Of a stretch of DNA of 64,000 nucleotides, positions 1-12,807 are shown piece by piece (within the stretch, counting starts at the first letter, position 1; the number at the start of each line of letters is the position of its first letter). The stretch is taken from positions 160,456,001 to 160,520,000 of the forward strand of contig OZ024742.1 of the NCBI GenBank assembly GCA_964016885.1, given 5' to 3'. The translations under genes were made by a program, and so were the position numbers. Origin of the DNA: Eledone cirrhosa (lineage: Eukaryota). The notes under the pieces are model-generated. The model saw nothing but the letters and a program-made list of their open reading frames with translations, made no database searches and was not told the DNA's origin.

Positions 1-760
1 AATAAACAATTTAACTTAAACACTAAACAAAAAAACTAGAACTAGAAATAGTATTTGGTACTCTCCCCCATTCTCATTAAGCGTTAACATACCTTTAGCA
101 AAGCTATTCTTTAAAGCACTAGATACATATTTTCCTAAAGACCACAGATACCACTCTATTTTTAACAGACACACTATAAAACTATCCTACTCTACTACTA
201 TGAGCATAGCACAAAATATAAATAGCATTAATAATAGAAACTTAAATTTAAACCCTAACCAAACTAACCAAAATAGCAATAATAATATTTCTAACAACAA
301 TATTCAGAATAATAGTACCGTTCTGAACAACAATAACTCCAGTAAATGTAACTGTAGAATCAAACTGCCCTTTACAAAATAATTGTTTAGACAAAAACGT
401 AGTTTATAAATGCACAGTTAAAACTAGAGACAAAATGTTTAACTATGTTGGTGCCACTTCAACAACATTTAAACGCTGGAATAACCATAATCATACATTT
501 AGGAGATTTGATAAAAAATCTTCTACTTCACTTTCACATCTAATTTGGAACTTAAAAGACAACAATATAGACTAATCAATATCTTGGAGAACGATTTCGA
601 AAGCACCTGCATACCGAAATATGGCTTTATCAAGATTCTGTAAATTATGTATCGAAGAAATATTTTATATAATTAACTCTCAAAACTCTATTAATCTTAG
701 AACAGAATTATTTTCTTCTTGCAGATATCGCCAACATTCCACGTTCAGAACTATTTTTAA
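1..760 (+). pseudogene. 3' part of a Penelope-like element ORF (linker + GIY-YIG endonuclease), disrupted
   Basis: Manual translation gives TRNSIWYSPPFSLSV..YFPKDHRYHSIFNRHTIKLSYS..KCNCRIK, then in a shifted frame CLDKNVVYKCTVKT..YVGATSTTFKRWNNH. It has frameshifts and stops, and is colinear with the ORF at 10250-11057. Confidence 0.85.
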
Positions 761-1900
761 TTTATAATATTCCTATACACCTTCAAAATGATCCTATCTT
801 TTTAAAAAATTTAAATGTAAATTTTTAAATATTTTTAATATTTCTAAATTTTTTTAATATCTCTAATATTTCTAATATTTTTAATATATATATTTAATAT
901 TTTTAATTCCGACATTATTTTAATTCTGACATTATTTTTAATTCTGACATTATTTTTCTAATGACACCCCTCTCTATATATTTTTTTAGATGTAGATTGA
1001 TAATCTTTAAATGACATTCTGAAAATTTATCCTCTTTACGATAGTTCTTCGAAGAGCACATTACGTTTTTCCTCTCTTTTTGTTATTCAAACATTCACAC
1101 ATCTTTCGACTAAAATAATTGATCTCACACAAAATAATATATAATTTTCTCTATATATTTTGGAGTAAATCACTCATCAAATTTAACGGTTAACAAACAA
1201 AATTGGAGTTATCTTTCCTTTCTCAATCGTGCAAACATGAACATATTGTGTTTGATAATCTATATAACTTCGCTAAATCAACAATATTCTGAAAACATTT
1301 TCAATGTTGAACAACATTTTCGAATCCACAAATTGTTCTACTCTCACAACTTGAACCACCTATTTTTTAAGTAAAATAGAAAATCAACTTCCTTCGTAAC
1401 TCATATTAGATATATAAACAACTAATAATTGTAAATTATTTCTATCTCTATACACTAATACATACGCAATTATTAATCTATATAGATATTTATATACATA
1501 TAACCTATCGTAATGTAATAAAATAAAAATGCTTACAACCATAGTTCTTCAAATAATCTAATTGATTATATATACAATATTATAACTTATAGTATAGATA
1601 AATTTAAACTCTGGAATCATATTCTTCTTTTTTCCCCCCAAATGAACATAAATGCTAGCTCTTCTTCCTTTCGCTTCTTTCCTACGCATACAAAAACTTA
1701 TCATAATTATTTAAATTCTCCATAGCGTCTAAAATAACGTTTTTTTCAGCCCTTTTACCTAACCTCATTTGCATACTCATCCTAATAATTTGAAATATCT
1801 GACTTTTCTTCTCTTATCCCTTCACTATCCAAGGAAAACTTGAACCGTTAAGGTATATTTTCCTTGGTAATGTCAAAATTTATAAAACACACTTCGTATT

Positions 1901-1953
1901 TTATTTGATGATAGCGTACCAAAGTTTTGGTACCCTTGAAATATATATAATAG
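1901..1953 (+). ncRNA. Degenerate minimal hammerhead ribozyme
   Basis: ttat-TTGATGA-tagcgtaccaaagttttggtaccctt-GAAA-tatata-TA-atag. The first core C is mutated to T; the sister copy at 58210-58262 keeps that C. Confidence 0.6.
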
Positions 1954-2108
1954 AATAAATATGGTTTTAGAAATATAGTTTCCATTTATTTAATATAATT
2001 GAATATTATACTCCAGAAAACTTGTCGAGTGCTCTGAATCAGTTATAAACATTTATATTTGCTGAATTACCAACAAATTGAATATCCCTTCTGCTTATAT
2101 ATATATAT

Positions 2109-2250
2109 AAACCTGAGGTATATTCCCCTACTGCACCTCCTTTTCAGTTGCCCTCTCTTGCTATTTCCAACTCACTAAAAGAAATCACCTGTGCTCAGCA
2201 AGAGAGGGAAACTGAAAAGGAGGTGCAGTAGGGGAATATACCTCAGGTTT
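2109..2250. repeat. Fold-back inverted repeat (~54-bp arms)
   Basis: aaacctgaggtatattcccctactgcacctccttttcagtt... is matched by ...aactgaaaaggaggtgcagtaggggaatatacctcaggttt. Confidence 0.9.
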
Positions 2251-2251
2251 G

Positions 2252-2390
2252 AGCTGGTACTTTATTTTCGACCTCGAATCAATGAAAGGCGAAGCTGACC
2301 TCGGCTGGATTTGAACTCAGAGAGCAGAGAACCGGAACACATAACGCAGGGCCTTCTATCCAACATTGTAACGACTCTGCCAATTCACCA
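2252..2390 (-). mobile_element. tRNA-derived SINE, family 1 (partial)
   Basis: ctggtactttattttcgacc..atgaaaggcgaagctgacctcggctggatttgaactcag; B-box-like GAGTTCAAATCC on the minus strand. Confidence 0.75.
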
Positions 2391-2560
2391 ACTGACACCG
2401 TCTCTCTCTCTCTCTCTCTTTCTCTCACGTATAGAAATGAATATTTCTCTGTGTATATATATATTTAAAGTAACAGTTGACTGTTGAATACGAAATAGAG
2501 AGAGACAGGGAAAGATAGATGGGCAAGTGAGAGAGTGAAAGAGAGAGAGATAGGTGGAAA

Positions 2561-2616
<56 letters not shown>

Positions 2617-2856
2617 ATACTTTGGGAAACGAAATATATATATATATATATATTGTTATACTTTCAGAAAAGAAATATATATATATATATATATAGGAAC
2701 GAGTAGGACCCCGACGGCTGAGCTCAAGCCGTTTCGACGGCTAATTCTGGACTATTACCCACAACTATTCTGTTCCTATTACCCACTCTACTACCCTAAG
2801 TATTGAGTACTTTGGTGCGTTATGGTCCACCTGGTTCCTTACCATATTTCCGTCGT

Positions 2857-2891
<35 letters not shown>

Positions 2892-3225
2892 AAGGTGTGT
2901 GTGTGTGTGTGGGGGGGGGGGGAGAAATCGATAAGAGAGAGTGAGAGAGAGGGAGAAGGAATGCTGGAGATTGGAAAGAGTGAATGTTAATGTGTGTGTG
3001 TGCGTGTGTGTGTGTGTAGGTGTGAGTGTCTGCGTATGTACGAATGAGGAAAAAATATAGTTTTGACATGTACAGATGTTCCTGTTTCCGAAATGGGAAA
3101 ACCGTTATTGTAGTAGTATTGTTGTAGGTGAGGTGGCGGTAGTAGCAGTAGCGGTGGTGATGGTGGTGGTGGTGGTAGTGGTGGTGGTAATGGTGATGGT
3201 GGTAGTGGTGGTGGTGGTGGTAGTG

Positions 3226-3268
<43 letters not shown>

Positions 3269-3279
3269 AGGTGGTGGTG

Positions 3280-3314
<35 letters not shown>

Positions 3315-3530
3315 TTTTTGTTGTTTGTGGTGGTGGGGTGTGTATGTGCTGAGTGTCAGTGTATAGAACTAATCAGTTGTGACAAAACGGAGGGAGAAGG
3401 TTTCAGCTTGATGACAAACGAACAGCACTGGAGCCAGAGAGATGGCAGGCAAATAAATAAATAAACCTACAAAAGCATTTTTATTCACTTTCGTTATTCT
3501 TGAACATGAGAAAATAAAAATAAAAAATTT

Positions 3531-4670
3531 AATAACCCTTTCATTGTTATATTTCTGATGAAATATACTGTATTACTGCATATATTTTTTTAATTAATGT
3601 TTTTTTTTTGATAACCAAAGATTATATTTTTATCTATATTTTTAACTGTTGATAAACATTGATTGCCAGCTAAATTACCGTATTTCCCGGCGTCGAAACG
3701 CTACCTTTTTCCTAAAATAAGTGTCAAATCTACCATGCGCCCTGGAGGCCGAAGGTTGTTTATTATATTTTTTTCAAATTATTGGTTGTCAAAATTGGGC
3801 TGCGTCCTCGAGGACGAAGCGTCTTCGATGCCGGAAAATACGGTAACTATAGCGATATAAAGTATAGAGAAGCGAAAACCAATCCAAACCAAACAGTGAG
3901 TGTGTTTTATTATTATTTCTGGCAATGTTATAACAATATAACCCACCCCAAATATAACAATAAAGATTAGAGATTTTAGTAAAATAATTTCGTCTTCCTG
4001 CCAAACATCATCCGATCTCAGTAAAACCCAAACGTCTATGTAACCTGATCTTGTAATGTCCCCTTCATCTGGCGTCCTTGTGGCAAATAAAATAATTATA
4101 ATAACCCTTTCATTATTATATTTCTGCTGAAATATACTGCATTACTGCATATATATTTTTAATTAATGTTTATTTTTGATAACCAAAGATTATATTTTTA
4201 TCTATATTTTTAACCGTTGGTCAATCAATGATAAACATTGATTGCCAGCTAAATTGTCGTATTTCCCGGCGTTGGAGACGCTACTTTTTTCCTAAAATAA
4301 GTCTTAAATCTACCATGCGTCCTGGAGGTCGAAGGTTGTTTATTACTTTTTTTTAAATTTTTGGTTGTCAAAATTGGGGTGCGTCCTCGAGGAAGAAGCG
4401 TCTTCGGCCCCGGGAAATACGGTAACTATAGCGATATAAAGTATAGAGAAGCGAAAACCAATCCAAACCAAACAGTGAGTGTGTTTTATTATTATTTCTG
4501 GAAATATTATACCAATATAACCCACCCCAAATATAACAATAAAGATTAGAGCTTTAGAATAATTTCGTCTCCCTACCAATCATCATCCGATCCCAGTAAA
4601 GCCCAAACGTCTATGTAACCTGTTCTTGTAATGTCCCCTTCAACTGGCGTCCTTGTGGCAAATAAATAAA
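3531..4670. repeat. Tandem duplication of a ~570-bp unit
   Basis: ataaccctttcatt..atatttctg starts at ~3532 and ~4101. Both units end in ccttgtggcaaataaa. Confidence 0.9.
3678..3843. mobile_element. Tc2/pogo-like MITE (second copy ~4257-4422)
   Basis: Terminal inverted repeats CCGTATTTCCCGGCGTCGAA / TTCGATGCCGGAAAATACGG, flanked by TA on both sides. An empty site is present at ~32511. Confidence 0.8.
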
Positions 4671-4694
4671 AATCATTATTAAAGCCGATTTTCA

Positions 4695-4905
4695 GGGCGG
4701 TGGATTGGCGGTATCGATAGAGCATCGGACAACATGTTTTGCGCTATTTAGTTATGACTTTTTACGTTTCGGGTTCAAATACGCTGAAGTCAACTTTGCC
4801 TTTCATTCTTCCGTGGATGGTAAAATACACGTTATCTACTCGGTTGATATAATCGACTTTCCCTTCCCCACAAAAATTGCTGGCCTTGTGCCATAATTAG
4901 AACCA
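4695..4905 (+). mobile_element. tRNA-derived SINE, family 1
   Basis: ggcggtggattggcggtatcg..gggttcaaatacgctgaagtcaactttgcctttcatt..aattgctggccttgtgcc. Confidence 0.75.
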
Positions 4906-5854
4906 ATTATTTAGTTAGGGTTTAGAACAACAATATTTTAATATAGAATTGTGACGGGCAGTTTAAATCTAGCTACGAATACATAAAAATGGGAGGTTTT
5001 GTATTAGAACTAGGGACGATCTTGGGCGGATTAGTATCAAAAGCGTTAGATAAATAAAAAAAACGCACAACACAACAACGAGGCACGTCAAACCGATTTT
5101 TATTTGAAAATGACATACTAATAATAGTAATATTTTCTTTTACTAGCTTCAGTCATTATACTGCGTCCATACTGGGCACCGTCTTGATTTAATCTATTAC
5201 ATCGGACCCAATACCTATTCTCTGGTCTGATCCCTATTTCATCTTTTGTCTCGAACTAGTAAATTGCTGTATATACCACACAACGGGACGGAACACAAAA
5301 GTAAGTGGTTACGAAGCGAACTCCTTAACCTCACAGCCATGTCTGCACTTATTTGTTTCACCTCTAAAAATTGTATTCTTTAATTTATTTCTTCTTTCGC
5401 TTCTTTGTTTCTCATTTGTAGATGTCAAAAGAAAATATGACGGATATATTTATTGGTTAAATTCTCACCAATTAAGAGCATGCATTCTATGAGCTGAAAT
5501 CTTTAAATGACTATTTAATGTTCATATTATATATCTTACATCTTGGCTTTCGTACAATAAATCTTCAAAGAAATGAATAAATCTTATTCTGGTATATATT
5601 ATTCTATTTTATTTTGTGTTTTATGACACAAAGAAAAAGGTGATAAAAAATGAAAAAAACACATCCATAAAAGGGCCAGAAATACTTTCACTTTGAAAAT
5701 GATTCAGAAAAATATTAATTTTAAGCCTTAAAAGAAGCCATTATAGGGATGGATAGATAATAGCTTCCATTTTTCACCATGTCCAGTATAGCGTTATATG
5801 TTTTTTGTCAAGCTACATGGATACAAGGACACACACATATAGGTGGTTTAGATA

Positions 5855-5890
<36 letters not shown>

Positions 5891-5932
5891 TGTATGTATG
5901 TATGTATGTATGTATGTATGTATGTATGTATG

Positions 5933-6007
<75 letters not shown>

Positions 6008-6686
6008 ATATATATATATGTATGTATGTGTGTATATATATATATATATATAATATATATATATATGTGTATACATGTATATGCATATAGGTAACTAAAT
6101 ATATACATATATATGTATTTATATATATAGTGTGTGTATGTGTGTGTGCGTGCGTGTGTGTGTATTTATGTTTGCATATGCACACACACACTCAAATGTG
6201 AATGACTGATTTTTAATCTTCATGTGTCTGTGCGTGAGTGTATCTCTGTGTCTCTGTCTCTGTGTCTCTGTGTCTCTGTGTCTCTGTATACTTCCCTGAG
6301 TCTGTATACACAATTGATGTTTAATTATGATAGACAATAAATGAAACAAAGGAAAACAAACCATATCGCCCAACAACCGTTATTTCTCATGTTAAGCTAA
6401 GCATCAAGAAAGAGATTTGCTGATAGTTACAGGCCACAGCACACAGCGATGCCACCCAAAATATAATTGTTAGATGTAGCAAGTACTTCCATAGAAGCTT
6501 TACATACCTACCTAGTTATAATGTTTCTGTTCCACATCAGTGGACTGTTTTCAAGCACTAATGCGTTCCCTTACAAAGAAAAAGAATATAATATTAAAAC
6601 GAAGAGAAGGGAATAAGCTAGAAACTCACACAGATTCCCGCTGTACCTTAGCTATCCGCTCTCTCCCCTTTTCTCTCACTCTCTTT

Positions 6687-6795
<109 letters not shown>

Positions 6796-6998
6796 AAGAG
6801 AGAGAATGAAAGAGGTGTGTGTATATATATATATATATATAACCACATGAAAGTGCATGCGATAATATAGAATGAGCAAAATCTATTTTAGAACAAGATT
6901 AGAATTATAGCATGGTGAGTGTGTGTGCAATACGAAACCCTTGGCTTCTTTTGTTACTTGTGTAGATCCACGGCGATAACAAGGTATATGCATGCATA

Positions 6999-7089
<91 letters not shown>

Positions 7090-7322
7090 TCCACTGATAT
7101 ATACATATATATATATATAAGTATGTACACGTACATACATATATGTATACAGACGTACAGTAGTATGTATATATATATACATACATGCACACATATATAT
7201 ATGTACGTATGAATTCACCGAACATTTATTATAATGCTCGGTGTGTTTGTAAACAAACATCACGTATTAAGCCGTAGTGTCTAGCAACCATCGTTGCTCG
7301 TTTGTTCAACACTGACAAAGCA

Positions 7323-7365
7323 ACGCTGTACTAGTTTCAAGTTTATTAGCTATCGTCAGCAACGT
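7323..7365 (-). ncRNA. Minimal type-I hammerhead ribozyme (retrozyme-like family)
   Basis: Minus strand: acgttg-CTGACGA-tagctaataaactt-GAAA-ctag-TA-cagcgt. Stem I is acgttg/cagcgt; stem III is the palindrome CTAG. Confidence 0.8.
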
Positions 7366-7746
7366 ATACCTTCCTGCCAGATTGTTGAACGTATATACTT
7401 ACCTTATACATATTAACGGCTGAGTAGCCCAATTTGCATATCGAGTGGGTTAATCGGCCGGGTGCACCGAAAACGATAAACGGAAAAAATGAAACGAAAT
7501 TTCATTTCTCAGTCTTAGTACAGCTGTTACTTAAATATAAGTATGTACACGTACATACATATATGTATACAGACGTACAGTAGTATGTATATATATATAT
7601 ATACATACATGCACATATATATATATGTACGTATGGATTCACCGAACATTTATTATAATGCTCGGTGTGTTTGTAAACAAACCTCCCGTATTAAGCCGTA
7701 GTGTCTAGCAACCATCGTTGCTCGTTTGTTCAACACTGACAAAGCA

Positions 7747-7789
7747 ACGCTGTACTAGTTTTAAGCTTATTAGCTATCGTCAGCAACGT
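7747..7789 (-). ncRNA. Hammerhead ribozyme copy with GAAA>AAAA mutation
   Basis: Minus strand: acgttg-CTGACGA-tagctaataagctt-AAAA-ctag-TA-cagcgt. Confidence 0.65.
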
Positions 7790-7955
7790 ATATCTTCCTG
7801 GCAGATTGTTGAACGTATGTGTGCATGTATGTATATATATATATATATACATACTACCGTACGTCTGTATACATATATGTATGTACGTGTACATACTTAT
7901 ATTTAAGTAACAGCCGTACTAAGAGTTGGAAATGAAATTTCGTTTCATTTTTTCC

Positions 7956-8018
<63 letters not shown>

Positions 8019-8019
8019 C

Positions 8020-8098
<79 letters not shown>

Positions 8099-8114
8099 TG
8101 TATATATATATATA

Positions 8115-8220
<106 letters not shown>

Positions 8221-8256
8221 ATATAAGATCAAAAGATGGTTAAAAGAGTTCCAAGT

Positions 8257-8319
8257 ATTTTATGCGCATTTCAAAAATAAATATCATCATGAGATGATAT
8301 CTGCGTTTTCATCAGAAAA
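8257..8319 (-). ncRNA. Minimal hammerhead ribozyme (TGCGCA family)
   Basis: Minus strand: tttt-CTGATGA-aaacgcagatatcatctcatgatgatatttattttt-GAAA-tgcgca-TA-aaat. Confidence 0.7.
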
Positions 8320-8390
8320 GTGAAGTTTTAAATCAACATATGTTGATTTAAAACTTCACTATTCACAAGTGTTTTTTAACCTTCATATCA

Positions 8391-8453
8391 TTATCTGAGG
8401 AAAACGCAGATATCATCTCATGATGATATTTGTTTTTGAAATGCGCATAATAA
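8391..8453 (+). ncRNA. Minimal hammerhead ribozyme (TGCGCA family)
   Basis: ttat-CTGAGGA-aaacgcagatatcatctcatgatgatatttgttttt-GAAA-tgcgca-TA-ataa. Confidence 0.8.
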
Positions 8454-8592
8454 AATACTTGGAACTCTTTTAACCATCTTTTGATCTTATATTATTTATA
8501 CTCGTCCTACAAACTGTAGAGTGCTACTTATCCGATATTTCCCTTGCCCTATTGTTCTACAACAAAACTCACCTCCTACATATATATATATA

Positions 8593-8675
<83 letters not shown>

Positions 8676-11057
8676 TTATATGATTTCACTACAAATAAAA
8701 ACCCACCACACAACTCCTTACTTGAAAACTTTGAGAAAGACCTTTTTAATTTAATCAAACACCTCAAATTTAAGAAGTATAAATCTAATTTTCAAAAGGG
8801 TCTTGATTCTACCCTATTGGATCTAAAAAAATCTAACAAAATCCATGTCCACTCTGACAAAACTGGAAATCTGTATCACATGGATATTGATAATTACAAT
8901 GAGTTCATATATAAAGAACTCAGGAAAATTTATAAAAAAACAAACAATGCTGCACTTACCAACACCAACAACAAAACACACAACATAGTAAATAGACTTA
9001 ATATTGAAGATAGAACTGAACCTTTGGCACTGAAAAAATCACATTTTAACCTGAAAGGTCACAAATCTAACTTTAACTCTAATCCTTCTATAAAGCTTAT
9101 ATGCCCTTCCAAATTTGATATTGGCATCATTAGTAAACAAATTTTAGATAGAGTCATCCCACAATTAAGAAAACATGTTAATTTACCACTCTGGGAAAAC
9201 ACATCCCAGGTAATTAACTGGTTTACTAATATTAGAAATAAATCTTCTGCTTCATTTCTACAATTCGATATAGATAATTATTATTCCTCTATATCACCTA
9301 TACTCCTGAACAAAGCCTTGATATTTGCCAAAAATAGATCAAACTTAACTATGGATGACATTAATATTATCACACATGCTAGACAAACACTACTGGAATT
9401 TCAAAAAGAATACTGGACATGAAACACATATAGTAATCTATTCGACATTACTATAGGCTCAAGTGATTCTGCCCAAATTACCGATCTTGTGGGCCTCTTT
9501 CTTCTATTTAACATAAATGCTTCTTTTCCCCACCTTAAAGGTGGTTTATATCGTGACGACTGTTTTCTTCTTTCCAATAACCTTAGCCTATCAGAAATTG
9601 AAAAAAAAAAAAAACTTATTAGAACTTTCCTCAAAGATATTACATTTGAAAACACAAGTAAAGTAGTTAATTTCCTTGATATAACATTAGACTTACCTAC
9701 GGGTATCTACCAACCTTACCATAAACCTAACCAAAACTTACATTACATACACTCACAATCTAATCACCCTAAATCTATCCTTAAAAACCTAGCATATAAT
9801 ATCTCATTCAGAATTTCTAACCTTTCGTCTAACCAGGATGTATTTGATAAAAATGCGACCTTTTATAATGAAGCTTTAGCTAGAAGTGGCCACAAAAACA
9901 AATTAGTATATATACCTTGTACCAATAACACTACAAACATACAACCCAATATTACCAACAAACACCAAATGAAATATACACACCTAAATGCCACTCACAC
10001 TATACCCCAAAATACCAACATAAAACTTAATTTCTCTAACTCTTCTAATATACAATATAGTAACTTTCAAAAAACTATTCATCCTAATACTCCAATATAT
10101 GTTACTAATAAAATTCCTAATAAACAGGCTAAAACACCTAAATCAATGAATCTAACGAAAAATATATGTAATAAAATCATTAACAATAATTCTCTTAATA
10201 AACATCAGGATACATCATATAAAAATAATAAACAACATCGAAACCGTAATAGACGAGTTACTTGGTATAATGCTCCATTTAATCTACAAATTAAAGATAA
10301 TATACCTAAACATTTTTTTACTATCCTAGAGAAAAACTTCCCACCAAACCACAAATACCACCAAATTTTAAATAGATCAACGGTTAAATTCTCCTATTCA
10401 ACAACTAAAAATATACAACAAAATATATAATGCATATAAATATATAATGCATATAAATATATAATGCATATAAATGTAAAAAAACCCATGAATATACCAC
10501 CGATAAATCAAACTAACCATAATACTAAAATAAACCACAGCAAACCACCATCTCATTCACATACAACAAGTCGTGAAAATTCCACACCTAATTTGACTAT
10601 CTCCTCTGATACAGCATTCACGAAAGGTTGTAATTGTAGAAACAAAGCAAATTGCCCATTAAAAGGAAATTGCCTTATTAATGACATAGTATATAAATGT
10701 AAAGTTAACACTAAGGACTCAACTTATTCATATATAGGAGCCACTTCTAACCAATTTAAAGTAAGATTTAATACCCACAAACACAGTTTTAAAAATGCCG
10801 CATTAGCTAATACAACATCTTTAGCTGAAATGATTAATAATTATAGAAAGAGGAATATAGATTATAACCTGACCTGGAGTGTGCTCAAAAGGGCCACCAC
10901 CCCTTATCAAAATAATAGATATGAATGTAGATTATGTTCCCAGGAACTTTTTGAAATAATGAAATCTAAGGATATCCTATTAAATAAACGACAGGAATTA
11001 ATTATATCATGTAATCATAAACTAAGAAGAACTTTTAAATATTATAAACCTAATTAA
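8676..11057 (+). pseudogene. Near full-length Penelope-like RT + GIY-YIG ORF with in-frame stops
   Basis: ORFs 8544-9422, 9489-10430 and 10464-11057 share one frame. Motifs: FLQFDIDNYYSSI, FDITIGSSDSAQITDLVG, GLYRDD, NFLDITLDL, WYNAPF, CNCRNKANCPLKGNCL, IVYKC..YIGATSNQFKVRFNTH, CRLC. Stops at 9420-9422 and 10428-10430. Confidence 0.93.
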
Positions 11058-11790
11058 TATACACTTTAGAAATTATTATAATAACACTTTTTAAAAATTA
11101 GTTAACCTTTAATTAATATTCTACTACTAATGAACTGCATAATTTTATTTCCCTTTTACAGCTATCTTTTCCTAAAATTTATACCAATAAGTATACATAT
11201 AAACTATTTTAATTTCAAGTTATGATTCTATATTCCTTATAATCTATATAAATTTGTTATTTCTCACTAATGAATTTACCCCCCCCTCAATAATAATAAT
11301 TATTATTTTTTTATTTTCCCTTCGTTTTTAACAGCACTCTTCAATTACATCTAACTCCTATTTATCATATCTATATGAATTAATATAAATTTATCAATAT
11401 AAATATACCTATCAATTTAATTAATTTATTTTCTTTTTATAGATGTAAATTCCCTATATTTTAAATAAGATTGATATTTTTCACTAACACATTTATCATA
11501 AAATTTTATTCTCCTTAGATATTTACATTAGCATTATTATTTTATAACATCAATTCTTCGTGTACCTTTTACCGACTTGACCTATTTTCATCCCTAAAAT
11601 AATCTTTTCATTCATCATACTCTTTCCATTCAAAACTGAAATCTGCCTAACTCTACCCCTAAATTAAAGTTCTATTACTACTATTCTACCATCTTGACCA
11701 CTTACTACCTTTCTATTGGTCAATTCAAAACCTGTTCCCAAACAGACCTATTATATTAAATCTTTGTTGGGTTTTTTCAATAAACAAATA

Positions 11791-11927
11791 TCATTATTTC
11801 AGGAAGACAGCATATATATGTGTAGGTATGTATATTCCCTCTGATAGTTTGTAAAAATTTTACATATATCTATATGATATACATACCAACACAAACATAT
11901 ATATCCTAGAAACGATCATAAAATGAT
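11791..11927 (+). ncRNA. Possible decayed HHR with long stem II at the 3' end of the Penelope element
   Basis: tcattattt-caggaaga-...ggtatgtatat...atatacatacc...-GAAA-cgatca-TA-aaatga; the 5' core is imperfect. Confidence 0.35.
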
Positions 11928-12065
11928 GAATTTTTTAATATAAGGAACTGTTTCTTTGTTTTTATTCATTATTTTTATTAATTTATATATATATATATAA
12001 ATGTCCAAAGGCTCTGATACAATCAACACTATACACACAGAGTTGGCATATCTAAGAACTGACTA

Positions 12066-12121
12066 ACTGCCTGATGAGGTCATAGCCATTCAATGGCTAT
12101 CATCGAAATATATATAGCAGT
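12066..12121 (+). ncRNA. Minimal type-I hammerhead ribozyme, intact core
   Basis: actgc-CTGATGA-ggtcatagccattcaatggctatcatc-GAAA-tatata-TA-gcagt. Stem I is actgc/gcagt; stem II includes atagccat/atggctat. Confidence 0.9.
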
Positions 12122-12162
12122 AAATAAAGGATTATGAGTTCATGCAATTGACTTATGTTTCG

Positions 12163-12260
<98 letters not shown>

Positions 12261-12450
12261 ATCACATTCACACATTCAATTTCACTGTTATGATCCCTTT
12301 CCCTTTATAATTTTCCCACCCAAAATTTCATCCTTCACTCATCTCCTATTTCTTCTCTCTAATTCTCCAAATTTTCCTGTGAATTAAAAAACAAATGCAT
12401 CCCCTATTCTAGCCACATCCTCATTTTATCATTTAGTTGTTTTTATTTAA

Positions 12451-12484
<34 letters not shown>

Positions 12485-12520
12485 GTATATATATGTATAT
12501 ATTATATATATGTGTATATA

Positions 12521-12557
<37 letters not shown>

Positions 12558-12565
12558 ATTTACAT

Positions 12566-12628
<63 letters not shown>

Positions 12629-12728
12629 GCGAGAGAGAGAGAAAGAGAGAGAGGTAGAGAGAGAGAAGGAGGGAGAGAGATAAAGAGAGAGAGATAAAGA
12701 GAGAGAGAGAGAGGGAGAGAGACAGAGA

Positions 12729-12807
<79 letters not shown>

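Larger units (their letters stand above)
1..2095 (+). mobile_element. Penelope-like retroelement, 3' portion with AT-rich tail/pLTR ending at (TA)n
   Basis: GIY-YIG remnant followed by an AT-rich tail containing a degenerate HHR. The tail (~1700-2060) recurs inverted at ~58100-58480. Confidence 0.7.
7118..7960 (-). mobile_element. ~420-bp HHR-containing tandem repeat (retrozyme-like): about 1.7 units plus an inverted fragment
   Basis: gtatgtacacgtacatacat starts at 7121 and 7541 (period 420). An inverted segment lies at ~7820-7960. Each unit has an HHR on the minus strand and no ORF. Confidence 0.8.
8222..8495. mobile_element. Fold-back pair of Penelope-like pLTR fragments, each with an HHR
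   Basis: ataagatcaaaagatggttaaaagagttcc... versus ...ggaactcttttaaccatcttttgatcttat; central palindrome aaatcaacata/tgttgattt. Confidence 0.85.

Noticed and set aside
900-958. Short 19-bp tandem triplets (also 44739-44795) as CRISPR-like arrays
   Set aside because: No spacers, eukaryotic context; simple slippage duplications.
3554-3600. CTGATGA in the 570-bp unit
   Set aside because: No matching GAAA/UH, and the second copy reads CTGCTGA.
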